Assembly (NCBI GenBank): GCA_964573055.1
Contig: CAZNIG010000009.1
Coordinates: 103 to 64,102 of the forward strand
Length of the DNA: 64,000 nt
Source of the DNA: an uncultured Dehalococcoidia bacterium
Lineage (GTDB): Bacteria; Chloroflexota; Dehalococcoidia; Lucifugimonadales; UBA2985
Reading direction: 5' to 3'
Shown here in pieces: positions 18,120 to 28,248 of this stretch (positions are counted from its first letter, which is position 1; each line of letters begins with the position of its first letter). The position numbers and the translations under genes are program-made. Below the pieces are notes generated by a model. That model searched no databases, was not told where the DNA came from, and saw nothing but the letters and a program-made list of their open reading frames with translations.

Positions 18120-19085
18120 TTATTCTCCTCCAAACACGCGTCGTGGTACATTTACCATCATAGAATTAATTTGCTCTTCTGTTACTCCAAGATCCCTTAG
18201 TCTAGGGAGAACATTTCTGCTTATAAAAGAGATATCATCTGGATTATAAGCTCTACGCTCCACTTCACGTTCTGGTAGGTTAAGTCCATTTATCACGCAA
18301 TCATGTGACATCGTAACCTGACCAGAAAATCCAAGGTCTACTAACTGTTTGACTACCTCAGTCCGCTGTTCCCAATTTAGGCCACCATTCCGACCTCCAG
18401 GATATCTGTCCATACCCACAAAACAGCCTTTTCCCAATAACCCTGTGAGGTATTCAATGTTATCAGTATCATTACTGTGCCCGATATAAACGCGGTTGAG
18501 TGGGACTCCTTCATCCTGAAATATTTCCACCTGCCTATCACCTGCCCGTGCTTGAGCGGCCGTATGAGTCGATATAGGAACACCTGTGTGATTAGAAGCT
18601 CTGGCAGCGGCTCTAAGCACCAACTCATTCGCTGGGGTCAGCCCATCATCTGTCATATGCTCCAAATCAGTCGCCACCTTGATAATCCCTGCTCTAACGC
18701 CGGTGTTTTCGATACCGACTTCTATATCTCTGATAAATGCTCTGGCGAGTTGGTCTGGCGTGACGCCGATACCTATAGCACGCGGGATGTCTCTCCATAT
18801 ACCTGTGCAAACAATTATATTGACTTCCGAACGCTCAGCCACCTCACGAATTACTATCATATCCCGCCCAAGATCCATGGTAGTAACATCTACGCACGAC
18901 TTGACGCCCTCTGCTGCTGCGTTCTTCATAACCTCTATACCTCTTGCTATCGCCTCTTCACGATTTACGAGCTCGGGAAAGGCGTGAGGTATACCCGCTG
19001 AAGTATTAAGTATGTGCTCATGCATCAAGGTAAAGCCAAGGTCATTGACGTCCACTGAGCCAAGTACTGTCATTACATTCGTCAT
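18120..19085 (-). CDS. Phosphotriesterase family (PTE homology / aryldialkylphosphatase-like) amidohydrolase-fold protein
   Basis: GFTLMHEHIL metal-binding motif. The start is set at the ATG preceded by GGAGG with a 6-nt spacer. Confidence 0.8.
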   Translation of the reverse strand: MTNVMTVLGSVDVNDLGFTLMHEHILNTSAGIPHAFPELVNREEAIARGIEVMKNAAAEGVKSCVDVTTMDLGRDMIVIREVAERSEVNIIVCTGIWRDIPRAIGIGVTPDQLARAFIRDIEVGIENTGVRAGIIKVATDLEHMTDDGLTPANELVLRAAARASNHTGVPISTHTAAQARAGDRQVEIFQDEGVPLNRVYIGHSNDTDNIEYLTGLLGKGCFVGMDRYPGGRNGGLNWEQRTEVVKQLVDLGFSGQVTMSHDCVINGLNLPEREVERRAYNPDDISFISRNVLPRLRDLGVTEEQINSMMVNVPRRVFGGE

Positions 19086-19234
19086 ACGTAGCCTCCAACA
19101 GTTTTTAGGTTCTCGCTGACAGAGTATCAGCATCAGCAGATAAGAACAATCTGCATACCACGCTCGAAACCCCTATAGATTACTAGCTCCCAAATAAACG
19201 GGCACTCTAAAAGGTGAGCCGGGAGCTTCCTTGC

Positions 19235-20227
19235 TTACAATACGGCCCCAAGAATCTTTGCCAGAATCCAAGCGAGTATCAGACAAAACGGGTATGTTAT
19301 CAACCAAGCTGCGAAAATGCCTCGAATCACACCGAAGCTCACAGCAGAGGTCCCTCGCGTTGAACCCACACCAATAATCGCGCTACTGGAGGTATGTGTG
19401 GTACTGACAGGCAATCCAATATTAGAAGCAGCCTCGATAACAGCAGAAGCCGCCATGTTCGCAGTAAACCCACTAACAGGATTCAATCTCGTGATTTTAT
19501 TGCCCAAGGTATTTATAACCCGCCACCCACCTAGTGCAGTTCCGATTCCGATCGCGATGCCGGCACTCGCCTGCATCCAGGATTCCACAACAACATCGCT
19601 TGAGTAGTATACGGCCCAACCTAGTGCCATTATTCCTACCGCATTCTGAGCATCATTCTTTCCATGGGTATATGCCAACAATGCTGCAGAAAGTATCTGA
19701 AACTTTCCAAACACAGAATTAGCAGTTGAAAGAGTCCAATTCCGTAGCGCCCACGAAAATATAACCATTACCACAAAAGCACCAGCAAATCCTAATAGAG
19801 GAGAGAACGCCAAAGCCATAAGGACTTTGAACATGACCGTTTCGTTGATTTTATCCCAGCCTGCAGTGGCGATACCAGCACCTAACACACCAGCTACCAG
19901 AGAGTGACTAACACTGACAGGGAAACCGAACCTGGTAGCAAATATAACCCATGTTACAGCGGAGAGTATCGCAGCCATCACTGCTGTCTGAGTCATGAAA
20001 TCCGGATCAACAATTCCTTTTCCAATAGTCTTGGCTACAGCAGTGCCAGTAAGGGCACCTAAAAGGTTCATTGCCCCGCCCATTATCACAGCAGCTGTAG
20101 GGGAAAGAACACGCGTCGCCACAATAGTAGCAAGCGCATTAGCAGCATCATTCAGGCCATTACCATACGCATAGGAAAGTGCTAAGCCTATCGTGATAAT
20201 AAGTAGTATTTGACTCTGATCAGGCAT
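19235..20227 (-). CDS. pit: Inorganic phosphate transporter, PiT family
   Basis: Duplicated PiT signature (GNGLNDAANA and HGKNDAQNA) and a multi-TM protein. It overlaps the upstream DUF47 gene by 8 nt. Confidence 0.9.
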   Translation of the reverse strand: MPDQSQILLIITIGLALSYAYGNGLNDAANALATIVATRVLSPTAAVIMGGAMNLLGALTGTAVAKTIGKGIVDPDFMTQTAVMAAILSAVTWVIFATRFGFPVSVSHSLVAGVLGAGIATAGWDKINETVMFKVLMALAFSPLLGFAGAFVVMVIFSWALRNWTLSTANSVFGKFQILSAALLAYTHGKNDAQNAVGIMALGWAVYYSSDVVVESWMQASAGIAIGIGTALGGWRVINTLGNKITRLNPVSGFTANMAASAVIEAASNIGLPVSTTHTSSSAIIGVGSTRGTSAVSFGVIRGIFAAWLITYPFCLILAWILAKILGAVL

Positions 20228-20846
20228 GTTTTATCACTATCCCCTCTAAAATTGATGCTATTTCCTCACACCTGTCAGTAGCCCCCTCCAACTGCCCATA
20301 AACCTCTTTCCATTTTATGATATCAATTGCGGTGTATGACTCGAAAAGTTCTCCCATTGCTCTGCTTGTAACCCTATCGGCTTCATTCTCTAGTGTATTA
20401 AGCTGATCCTTGAGATCCAGAAGCTCCTTTAGCTTAGACCCCCTGCTACCCAATACACTCATCGCTTTATCCAAAGTTTCAGCAGACCTAACGATTATCC
20501 GGCTGAGTTCTCTAGCACTTTCAGTCGGAGTATCAATATGATATTCGGTCATGTAGCGGGCTGCCTCCTCAATACAATCCAATACGTCATCTAAGCGCTC
20601 ACCCACTAGAGCTATATCTTCTCTGTCCAAAGGCGTAATAAATGTTTTGTGCAGCTGAGTCATTATGCGATGAATGATACCATCGCCAACTTCCTCTAAG
20701 CGCCTGATCTCTTCCACTTTAGCCTGAACGTCCTCATAGTTCTCCATAAGATCGAGTAACTTAGCTGCCGTAACCTTCAGGTTAGCTGAGCTTTCCCTTA
20801 GCATTATAAAAAAACTGTCTTCGCGTGGCAGTATCGAAAATCCCAT
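20220..20846 (-). CDS. DUF47 / PhoU-like phosphate transport regulator (YkaA-type), partner of PiT
   Basis: FSILPREDSFFIMLRE N-terminus, a helical repeat protein, and the classical DUF47-PiT gene pair. The start is at the ATG with a GGAG SD. Confidence 0.8.
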   Translation of the reverse strand: MGFSILPREDSFFIMLRESSANLKVTAAKLLDLMENYEDVQAKVEEIRRLEEVGDGIIHRIMTQLHKTFITPLDREDIALVGERLDDVLDCIEEAARYMTEYHIDTPTESARELSRIIVRSAETLDKAMSVLGSRGSKLKELLDLKDQLNTLENEADRVTSRAMGELFESYTAIDIIKWKEVYGQLEGATDRCEEIASILEGIVIKHA

Positions 20847-20915
20847 GTACTCTCCTAACATCTAACCAAGAATTAAATCTCCCCAGCCGACCTTGACCAG
20901 GAGTCTTCTAGCACA

Positions 20916-20980
20916 ATGATACACATCAATCTTCAGGATAAGTTTAACGGAGTTTTAACGTTTAGTTAAAGCTTTTGTGT
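20916..20980 (-). promoter_or_regulatory. Candidate Pho-box-type promoter of the DUF47-PiT operon
   Basis: The hexamers TTTAAC (20942), TTTAAC (20953) and GTTAAA (20964) are spaced exactly 11 nt apart. On the gene strand they lie about 21 nt upstream of a TATCAT -10 element (20916-20921). Confidence 0.35.
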
Positions 20981-21167
20981 TGGAGTTCACCGATGCCTGC
21001 AGGAAAAGAATAGTAAAAATATGTGAAGGATGGCGATAAAGTTCAGATGAATAATAATAACGAAAAGCGTAAGTGAAATGCTTCAGTAACCCTCTGACAG
21101 GGCAAGATACAATACCCTATCCCTACCATCCGCGTTAACTTGAATATCATAATATTACTCTAGGTAA

Positions 21168-22949
21168 CTAGGTGAGTAGAGAAAAATAAAATGTACTACC
21201 TTCCCCCTTGATACTCCGCACCCACAGTGAGCCCCCATGAGCTTGAATAATGTGCTTGGCTATAGAAAGACCCAATCCAGTCCCATCGTACTTCCTTGAG
21301 TTATCAACTCTATAGAACCGTTCAAATATCTGCTCCTGGTTATCTTCCTCAATCCCAATACCAGTATCAGCTATTCCCACAAGTATCTCACTACCCATAA
21401 ATTTCGATGACATTGTTACTGCCCCATCTGGAAAAGTAAATTTCAGGGCATTGTCAATCAGGTTTACTAGGACCTGCCTAATCTTCTCCTTCTCACCTTT
21501 AACTTCTGGAAGGTCTTCTAATACCGTAGTCAGTATTATATTATTTGATTCGGCAATTGTAGCGAACCCTTCCTTAACCTCATTCATCAATCCATTCAAA
21601 TCAAACGGTCTTATATCAAGTCTAACTTGACCGCTGTCCAAAATCGAAAGTTGTAATAACTCGTCCACAATACTGTTCATTCGCCTTATTTCCGCATGGA
21701 TGCGAGAAACAAATTCACGAGCTACAAGTGGATCGTCTAGTGCACCGCCTTCAAGAGTCTCAGTCATCGCTTTGATAGATGTTATTGGACTTCGAAGTTC
21801 GTGCGACACATTGCTAACAAATTGTTTTCTAGTGTTATCAACTTGTCGTATTCGTGTAAGGTCATGAAGTGTTAGTAGTATTCCATCTTCACCTTCACCA
21901 GATAATAAAGGAGTAGCTACAGACCCAAAGTATCTACGCGGCTGCATCAATTCCACTTCTGAATACTGCTGCTCATTAGTCTCGGAAGCTCGAAATATCA
22001 GGTTTTGGAGCTCTTCATCTTTGACTACCTCCATAAATCTGTTCCCCACAGAATTCGTACCAGAAATGCCAAGCAGTTCCTGAGCAGCCGGATTGATGAG
22101 TTCTATCAAGCCTTCCCCTCTTCTTAAATAAAACCGCCTCCTGATAACTACCACGCCATCAGCCATAGTATCTAGAACAGTGCTCAACTTATTTCTTTCT
22201 TCGGAAAGGTCTCCGATCATGCCTCTCAAAGCTTCCGACATACGATTAAATGCATCAGCTAGATCTTGTGTTTCATCTGAAGCCAAGGCTTCCACAGGCG
22301 TACTACCAAGATCCCCTCCAGCGAGACGCTTAGCAGCATTGGTCATTGAACGAACTGACCGTGACGTGCGTCTAGCAAGGTAGTAGCCCAATAACGTAGA
22401 AAGGCTTGTCACAATTGCTATGGCAAAAGCAATTTGTGCAAGAATATTATTGACACTGCTCGTAATATCGGCCGCAGGAATGCCAATCCGAGCAATGCCA
22501 ACAAGTATTTCATCGACTTCAACTCGAACAGCTGTATAGCGAAATTCCTTACCTATTGTTTCACTGAATCTAGTGGAATGCCCGACTCTGCTGGTAATAG
22601 CAGTTTTAATTTCTGGTCGGGTAATATGGTTATCCATAATACTCGAGTCCTGTCCAGTATCGTCCAGAACCGTGCCATCAACAGAGACTATCGTCACACG
22701 AGCATCTATTATCTCGCCGATACGTCCAGTAATTTCTCTTAGCTCCGATTCATCCAGTTGATCCACAAAATACGGACGAATCGACTCGACAAGCACCTCA
22801 GATTGCTTGGTCATACGATCTCTCAGATTTGAGTCATAGTAACCGCTGAGGAAATTTACCAGGTAAAAGCTCAAAGCCGCCATAGAAACCACTATGAGGA
22901 TAGTATATGCCAGCACAATCCGCCATTGTAGTGTATTAAAGACAGTCAT
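21168..22949 (-). CDS. Sensor histidine kinase, PhoR-like (two TM helices, extracytoplasmic domain, HAMP, PAS, HisKA, HATPase)
   Basis: H-box FVSNVSHELRSPITSI, N box DNALKF, and G boxes DTGIGI and GTGLGLSI. It overlaps the regulator gene by 4 nt. Confidence 0.8.
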   Translation of the reverse strand: MTVFNTLQWRIVLAYTILIVVSMAALSFYLVNFLSGYYDSNLRDRMTKQSEVLVESIRPYFVDQLDESELREITGRIGEIIDARVTIVSVDGTVLDDTGQDSSIMDNHITRPEIKTAITSRVGHSTRFSETIGKEFRYTAVRVEVDEILVGIARIGIPAADITSSVNNILAQIAFAIAIVTSLSTLLGYYLARRTSRSVRSMTNAAKRLAGGDLGSTPVEALASDETQDLADAFNRMSEALRGMIGDLSEERNKLSTVLDTMADGVVVIRRRFYLRRGEGLIELINPAAQELLGISGTNSVGNRFMEVVKDEELQNLIFRASETNEQQYSEVELMQPRRYFGSVATPLLSGEGEDGILLTLHDLTRIRQVDNTRKQFVSNVSHELRSPITSIKAMTETLEGGALDDPLVAREFVSRIHAEIRRMNSIVDELLQLSILDSGQVRLDIRPFDLNGLMNEVKEGFATIAESNNIILTTVLEDLPEVKGEKEKIRQVLVNLIDNALKFTFPDGAVTMSSKFMGSEILVGIADTGIGIEEDNQEQIFERFYRVDNSRKYDGTGLGLSIAKHIIQAHGGSLWVRSIKGEGSTFYFSLLT

Positions 22950-23659
22950 TCTTCGAAACGGTATCCAATACCCCTTATGGTTATAATTCTCTTGGGATCA
23001 CTTGGATCGACCTCAATTTTCTCGCGCAACCAACGTATATGTACGTCTACGGTACGAATGTCACCAATATAATCATGTCCCCACAGTTCCGTCAGGATTT
23101 GATCCCTGGTAAAAGCCCGCCCTTCATTAGATACCAGGAGAACCAACAGAGCGAATTCTCGTGGCTTGAGATCCAAAAATTGGTCATCTATAGTAGCCTG
23201 GTGACGAACCAAATCTAGGCCCAGATTACCCGCCTTTAGATATGAGAACGCCTCAGCCTGCCGCTTCTGGCTAGTCAAGTCGGATCGTCTTAACAGTGCT
23301 CTGACCCTTGCCAGTAGTTCTCTCATGCTAAAAGGTTTTGAAACGTAGTCATCGGCCCCAAGTTCCAGACCAACCACACGATCTGTTTCCTCGCCTCTTG
23401 CTGTAAGCATAATAATTGGGGTATCAGTTTCTCGCCTAAGCAGTTGGCATACCTGAAACCCATCTAGTTTTGGCAGCATGATATCCAGTATCACCAAATC
23501 TGGGTTAGCTGTACGAGCAAGATCGAGACCCATTTCCCCATCCGCTGCTGCAACAACTTCATATCCCTCTTTGGTCAGATTGTATCTAACCGCCTCAAGG
23601 ATATTATCTTCATCTTCGACTACCAGAACCGTTTTTCCTGACACTATAGCTCCTGACAT
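22946..23659 (-). CDS. OmpR/PhoB-family response regulator
   Basis: Receiver motifs VLVVEDEDN and DLVILDIMLPKLDG, and the winged-helix region TVDVHIRWLREKI. The start is set at the ATG after a GAGAAGG SD. Confidence 0.85.
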   Translation of the reverse strand: MSGAIVSGKTVLVVEDEDNILEAVRYNLTKEGYEVVAAADGEMGLDLARTANPDLVILDIMLPKLDGFQVCQLLRRETDTPIIMLTARGEETDRVVGLELGADDYVSKPFSMRELLARVRALLRRSDLTSQKRQAEAFSYLKAGNLGLDLVRHQATIDDQFLDLKPREFALLVLLVSNEGRAFTRDQILTELWGHDYIGDIRTVDVHIRWLREKIEVDPSDPKRIITIRGIGYRFEE

Positions 23660-23876
23660 CAGCCTTCTCGAATTATACAATTACCTGATACTATATCATC
23701 CCAAGTTCCGTTCATGAATCAATACAATTGACCCTACAACACCAATATGATACTAATCCACCGTAAGACATACCATATAATTTACTATTCGCATGCTGGA
23801 CTGAGTTTTAGCCTTGGGATTAAATTCGCTGATACTGCAATGCTCGATACCTAAAACTGTCTCCTAATACGTAACC

Positions 23877-24611
23877 ATGAAAGGACATCTTATGCTTCTC
23901 GATGGTAAGGTTGCTCTCATTACAGGAGCTAGCAGGGGAATCGGAAGAGCAATTGCCAAATCCCTTGCAAAAGAAGGCGCCATAGTAGCCGTAGGTACTC
24001 GAACTCGCGAATCTTATCAAAAAGTAGTATCGGAGATAACGTCTGCCGGTGGTCAAGCCCACGGGTTACTTATCGATGTCACCGAATCCTCTCAGGTGGA
24101 TGAATCGGTAGCGCAAACTATTAACAAATTGGGTCAAATAGATATCCTAGTCAATAGCGCCGGAATTATCGTTTACGATACTCCCACCTGGCAAACCACA
24201 ATTGAGCAGTGGGATAGCATGATGGCTGTCAACCTACGCGGCACTTTCCTGACATGCAGGGCTATATCACCTCATATGATCGAACAAGGTAGTGGGATAA
24301 TAATAAATATCGGATCATCGTCTGGACGATTTGCTGATGACACATTCGGCCCATATAGTGCCAGCAAATGGGGAGTCCTGGGATACACTGCTTCACTCGC
24401 ACATTCACTGAGGCCGCATGGTGTACGTGTAAATGGTATTAACCCCGGATACGTAGATTCGGACATGACAAGAATGATCAACCCCGCAGGTGATCCCGCA
24501 TGGAGTACAGTTGAAGAGATAGCTGAAGTCGCCTTGTTCCTTGCAGGTCGGGCTCCCAGAGATATGACCGGTCAGTTCATAGATGTCTTCGGTTCTCAAG
24601 TCGGTCCATGA
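23877..24611 (+). CDS. SDR family oxidoreductase (FabG-like)
   Basis: TGASRGIGRAIA cofactor motif and the YSASK catalytic motif. Confidence 0.85.
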   Translation: MKGHLMLLDGKVALITGASRGIGRAIAKSLAKEGAIVAVGTRTRESYQKVVSEITSAGGQAHGLLIDVTESSQVDESVAQTINKLGQIDILVNSAGIIVYDTPTWQTTIEQWDSMMAVNLRGTFLTCRAISPHMIEQGSGIIINIGSSSGRFADDTFGPYSASKWGVLGYTASLAHSLRPHGVRVNGINPGYVDSDMTRMINPAGDPAWSTVEEIAEVALFLAGRAPRDMTGQFIDVFGSQVGP

Positions 24612-24628
24612 CCCGAGTATTTGGATCT

Positions 24629-25876
24629 CTAAATCTGGCTTCCTATGTAAGGTACTTTATCTAATCTGATAGAAGCTACTACGGCTGTCGCTGCTACTGG
24701 CAAAAGAGCCATCAACCATATACCAACTGTAAACGATCCAGTAATGCCTTGAGAAACGGCCAAAGGCAAAGGTCCCAAGGCCGATGCGGTGATCATTACC
24801 ATAGTTGCGGATCCTTGAATCCTACCCAACCTATATCTCCCATATAGATGAGCCCATATTACGCTGGTAACAATACGCCCCATCCCATTACTGGATCCTA
24901 GAATGGCAGCATATAACAAAGCACCAGTGTACGATCCTATAAATAATACACATATAGTTCCAATTAACAAAACGAACATCTGAAGAAAAAATAACTCCTT
25001 TGGGCCGACCCGATCTGCTATAACGCCTGCTACCAAAGAAGCCAATATGGAGGCGATGGAAAGTGGTACAAAAACTCCTGCGGCTAATGAGTACGAAAGG
25101 CCTCTCTCAGCAAATATAGCTACCTGATGGAAAATCAGGGCAGTTGACACAAAGGGCGAAGTGCAAAGAGGTATAGCTAACGCCCAAAACATTGGCGATG
25201 TTAAAACTTTCCGCTTATCTTCTTCGTATATTGACCCTTCGGCTTCTTCTTCCGGTGGATGATCAGCTCCATCCGGATAAAGACCCATATCTTCAGGCAT
25301 ATTGCGCAGTATGAGCGCTGTGGCTGGCACTACCATAACCCATATCAAAACCCCGAGATATGCGTACGCCTCACGCCAACCAACTGATTCCACAAGTGTT
25401 CTGGAAAGCACCGGTAACGATGCCATGGCAACAGAAAATCCCAAGCCCATTACCGCCATTGCTCGACCCCGCATAGTTACGAACCATTGTGCGGTTACCA
25501 AGGTGGCATTAATTGGCAATGATCCTTGGCCCAAGGCACGAAGTGCCGCAAAAGCAGCAAAAAAAGACCATCCACCAACTGCAAAGGACATCCCAAAGCA
25601 CGCAATAGTTAAACACGTCGCTGCCAATATTATCATCAGGCGTGGTCCGTACCTGTCCGCCATCCGACTAACCACCATGACCATAGCGGCGCTTAGCCCT
25701 GTGCCTACGGCGTACAAAGTAGAAAGATGAGTCCTAGAAAAACCAGTGTCTTCAATCATGTGGTCCAGAAAAACCGAGAAGGTATAAGACTGCCCAGGAC
25801 CAGATCCGAAGGCGACTAACGCTCCAACTCCAACAATTGCCCATCCGTAGAAAGGCTTACCAAAATTTAAACGCAT
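24629..25876 (-). CDS. MFS transporter
   Basis: 12-TM architecture; 415 aa. Confidence 0.75.
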   Translation of the reverse strand: MRLNFGKPFYGWAIVGVGALVAFGSGPGQSYTFSVFLDHMIEDTGFSRTHLSTLYAVGTGLSAAMVMVVSRMADRYGPRLMIILAATCLTIACFGMSFAVGGWSFFAAFAALRALGQGSLPINATLVTAQWFVTMRGRAMAVMGLGFSVAMASLPVLSRTLVESVGWREAYAYLGVLIWVMVVPATALILRNMPEDMGLYPDGADHPPEEEAEGSIYEEDKRKVLTSPMFWALAIPLCTSPFVSTALIFHQVAIFAERGLSYSLAAGVFVPLSIASILASLVAGVIADRVGPKELFFLQMFVLLIGTICVLFIGSYTGALLYAAILGSSNGMGRIVTSVIWAHLYGRYRLGRIQGSATMVMITASALGPLPLAVSQGITGSFTVGIWLMALLPVAATAVVASIRLDKVPYIGSQI

Positions 25877-26113
25877 CTGTATATCGAACGGATATTATAT
25901 CCATTTACCCACAATCAACTTTTCTATCAGTAAAACAGGCAATCAAATCCCCCAAAATCTCTTACTCTATAAACCACACAAAGGCGACTGTAGTGTGGAA
26001 TCTGCTTTATCCGCCTTTTCTAGCAAGTGAAATTCCTTAAAAGTGGGCTGAACATGGCGTGAATAAAACAACCGACACTCCTACTTATTCCCTGTACAAA
26101 CGATTACCAACTT

Positions 26114-26545
26114 CTAATCCGCTGGAGTGAGTTTCAAATGTTTCGGAGGTTCATCCGGAAGTTGCCAGACAATTTCCTCATGGTCCCAAGCCTTGTGGTA
26201 GGCGTTAGCACTAGCAATGCCAATATTATAGGCACGCTCAAATGCTACCCAGTCACGCTCTTGTATAGCGCTTTCTATTGCCTTAAAAGGGCCATTGATA
26301 AAAGCTTCCACATGGGTGTTGTACTTAGGCCGAGTGATCATACCTATCTTGAGTGCCTTGATTACCTCAGACGCCTGAAGTGCCGCCAGTTTCCAGTTCT
26401 CCGCTTTGGCAGCGTAATACAATATCCAATAACGGTCGCTCAACTCAGCCATCAGTCTAGCCAGACCTGGCTGTATCTCACCCAACTGATCTATGGTTAT
26501 ATCAGTATGTGGAGTATGGGCCACTTGTTGTTCTTTTCGCGTCAT
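26114..26545 (-). CDS. Hypothetical soluble helical protein (143 aa), family not recognised
   Basis: Balanced composition, with a GGGGG SD 7 nt upstream of the ATG. The mirror ORF on the + strand has a poor composition. Confidence 0.5.
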   Translation of the reverse strand: MTRKEQQVAHTPHTDITIDQLGEIQPGLARLMAELSDRYWILYYAAKAENWKLAALQASEVIKALKIGMITRPKYNTHVEAFINGPFKAIESAIQERDWVAFERAYNIGIASANAYHKAWDHEEIVWQLPDEPPKHLKLTPAD

Positions 26546-26768
26546 ACCAATTCCCCCGTATAGACATATTAGCTACTAAGAAACAAATAATCTACGTCTT
26601 AAACACAATCTCTCGCTAACCTACTAACATCAAGGCCAGAGAATACTACAAGTTGTCAGTACAACAATAGTCACAAAGGTATTACCACAAAGAACTTCCA
26701 CACCATGCCAAAAGACCAAACTAAAGGCTAGCCAGAACATATTTTTTCAGATACGATTTGAGGGCAGC

Positions 26769-26858
26769 GGAGGGGTGGCCGAGAGGACGATGGCGGCGGT
26801 CTTGAAAACCGCTATACCTTCACGGGTATCGTGGGTTCGAATCCCACTCCCTCCGCCA
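26769..26858 (+). tRNA. tRNA-Ser (anticodon TGA), long variable arm, CCA encoded
   Basis: Manual cloverleaf. Acceptor GGAGGGG/TCCCTCC, anticodon stem GCGGT/ACCGC with loop CTTGAAA, T-arm GTGGG-TTCGAAT-CCCAC. Confidence 0.9.
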
Positions 26859-26926
26859 GTTCTAGATACAAATATGGTTTGGACATAATTGTAATTAATA
26901 AAGTGCACGGGCAAATGCCGTCATCA

Positions 26927-27913
26927 TTAAAGACTTTTCCAGACTGGAGTTAGCCACTCCAGGCGAGATTCGACCCTGCCTCTTACTATATCTTTATAAA
27001 GTTGCCTGACATGTTTGGTAGTTCTACCAATACGACCTGATCCAACACGATATTTATCAACTGACACAACAGGTTCTATCTCGGCATATGTCCCGCAAAG
27101 AAAGACTTCGTCTGCCACATACAATTCTGTACGGTCAACTTCCCGCTCTTCCACCGTCATGCCAAGGTCTTCTTGAAAAAGTTCGATCACTGTTTCCCTA
27201 GTGATTCCTTCAAGTATGCCAGCCGTGACTGGAGGAGTAATAGCCACGCCATTCCTAATCAGGAATATACAAGCATAAGCTCCTTCAGCCACCTTTCCCT
27301 GAGCATTAAGAATTATTCCAGCATCATATCCGTTGATATGTGCCTCTGTAGAAACTAATCTGCTATTTTGATAGTTCGCTATACCTTTGGCCCGAGGAGG
27401 CATAACATTATCAGATATCCGCGCCCAACTACTTACGCAACAGCGACTACCGCGGTTAAGTTCAAGGTTAGAAGGGTTACTATGTCCTGTTATATATATC
27501 TCCACAGGTAATTGATATGCTGCTCTGTACCCAGGAACAGATCCGCTGAAATAGGCAAACGGTGAAATATAGGTATCACATGCAGATTGGTTAGCTCTGA
27601 GGAGTTGAATTATGGCGTTTTCTAACTCTTGCGAGGAGTAAGGGCTAGACATACGCATGAGCTTCATGGAATCCCACAGTCGCTTCAAATGGGCTTCCAA
27701 CCGGAATATATACAGTTGATTCATTTCTTCGTTCCAATAAGCCCTAATACCCTCAAAAACCGCTGATATAGCCGTCCATGACATCGCGGTCACATGAACT
27801 GTTGCGTCATCCCAAGGCATAATACTTCCCCCACTCCAAATATACTCTGGCATCAGAACCTCTGCAGGCTCTGCTAATTTATCCAGTCCAGATTTCTTAA
27901 ATGTCATTCTCAT
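26927..27913 (-). CDS. ilvE: Branched-chain amino acid aminotransferase (PLP fold type IV)
   Basis: Class IV aminotransferase length and motifs (EGIRAY, GIANYQNS, LEGITRETV). Confidence 0.8.
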   Translation of the reverse strand: MRMTFKKSGLDKLAEPAEVLMPEYIWSGGSIMPWDDATVHVTAMSWTAISAVFEGIRAYWNEEMNQLYIFRLEAHLKRLWDSMKLMRMSSPYSSQELENAIIQLLRANQSACDTYISPFAYFSGSVPGYRAAYQLPVEIYITGHSNPSNLELNRGSRCCVSSWARISDNVMPPRAKGIANYQNSRLVSTEAHINGYDAGIILNAQGKVAEGAYACIFLIRNGVAITPPVTAGILEGITRETVIELFQEDLGMTVEEREVDRTELYVADEVFLCGTYAEIEPVVSVDKYRVGSGRIGRTTKHVRQLYKDIVRGRVESRLEWLTPVWKSL

Positions 27914-28248
27914 AACTCCTTACAGGACTTCGAATTGCGCTTACGAATTTCGGTTGTACCCAAAGCCAAATTACGCCCAGGAAAGCAGATTTAGTCGAAG
28001 CCATCCATCGGGCTACCTAATCTTGAGTATTTTCGAGATTTATCTAATACTAAGCCTGTAGTTATTTGTGTGTCTACAAGACTGATAGATTTCAATTCGG
28101 TACCGTAAGCTCAAAATATCAACTAAGACATGATCCATTGAAAATAGCACTCATGAGTATTCGACAATATGCCCCATGTGTAAATAAGCTATAATTTCAT
28201 AATTAAGCATCCTAGAGAAAACATTGCTGAGGAGTTAGAGCCACACAA

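Noticed and set aside
26138-26563. The + strand 141-aa ORF mirroring the 143-aa minus-strand hypothetical gene.
   Set aside because: It has no SD, and its Cys/Tyr/Leu/Ser-rich composition is implausible. The minus-strand frame has a good SD and a protein-like composition.
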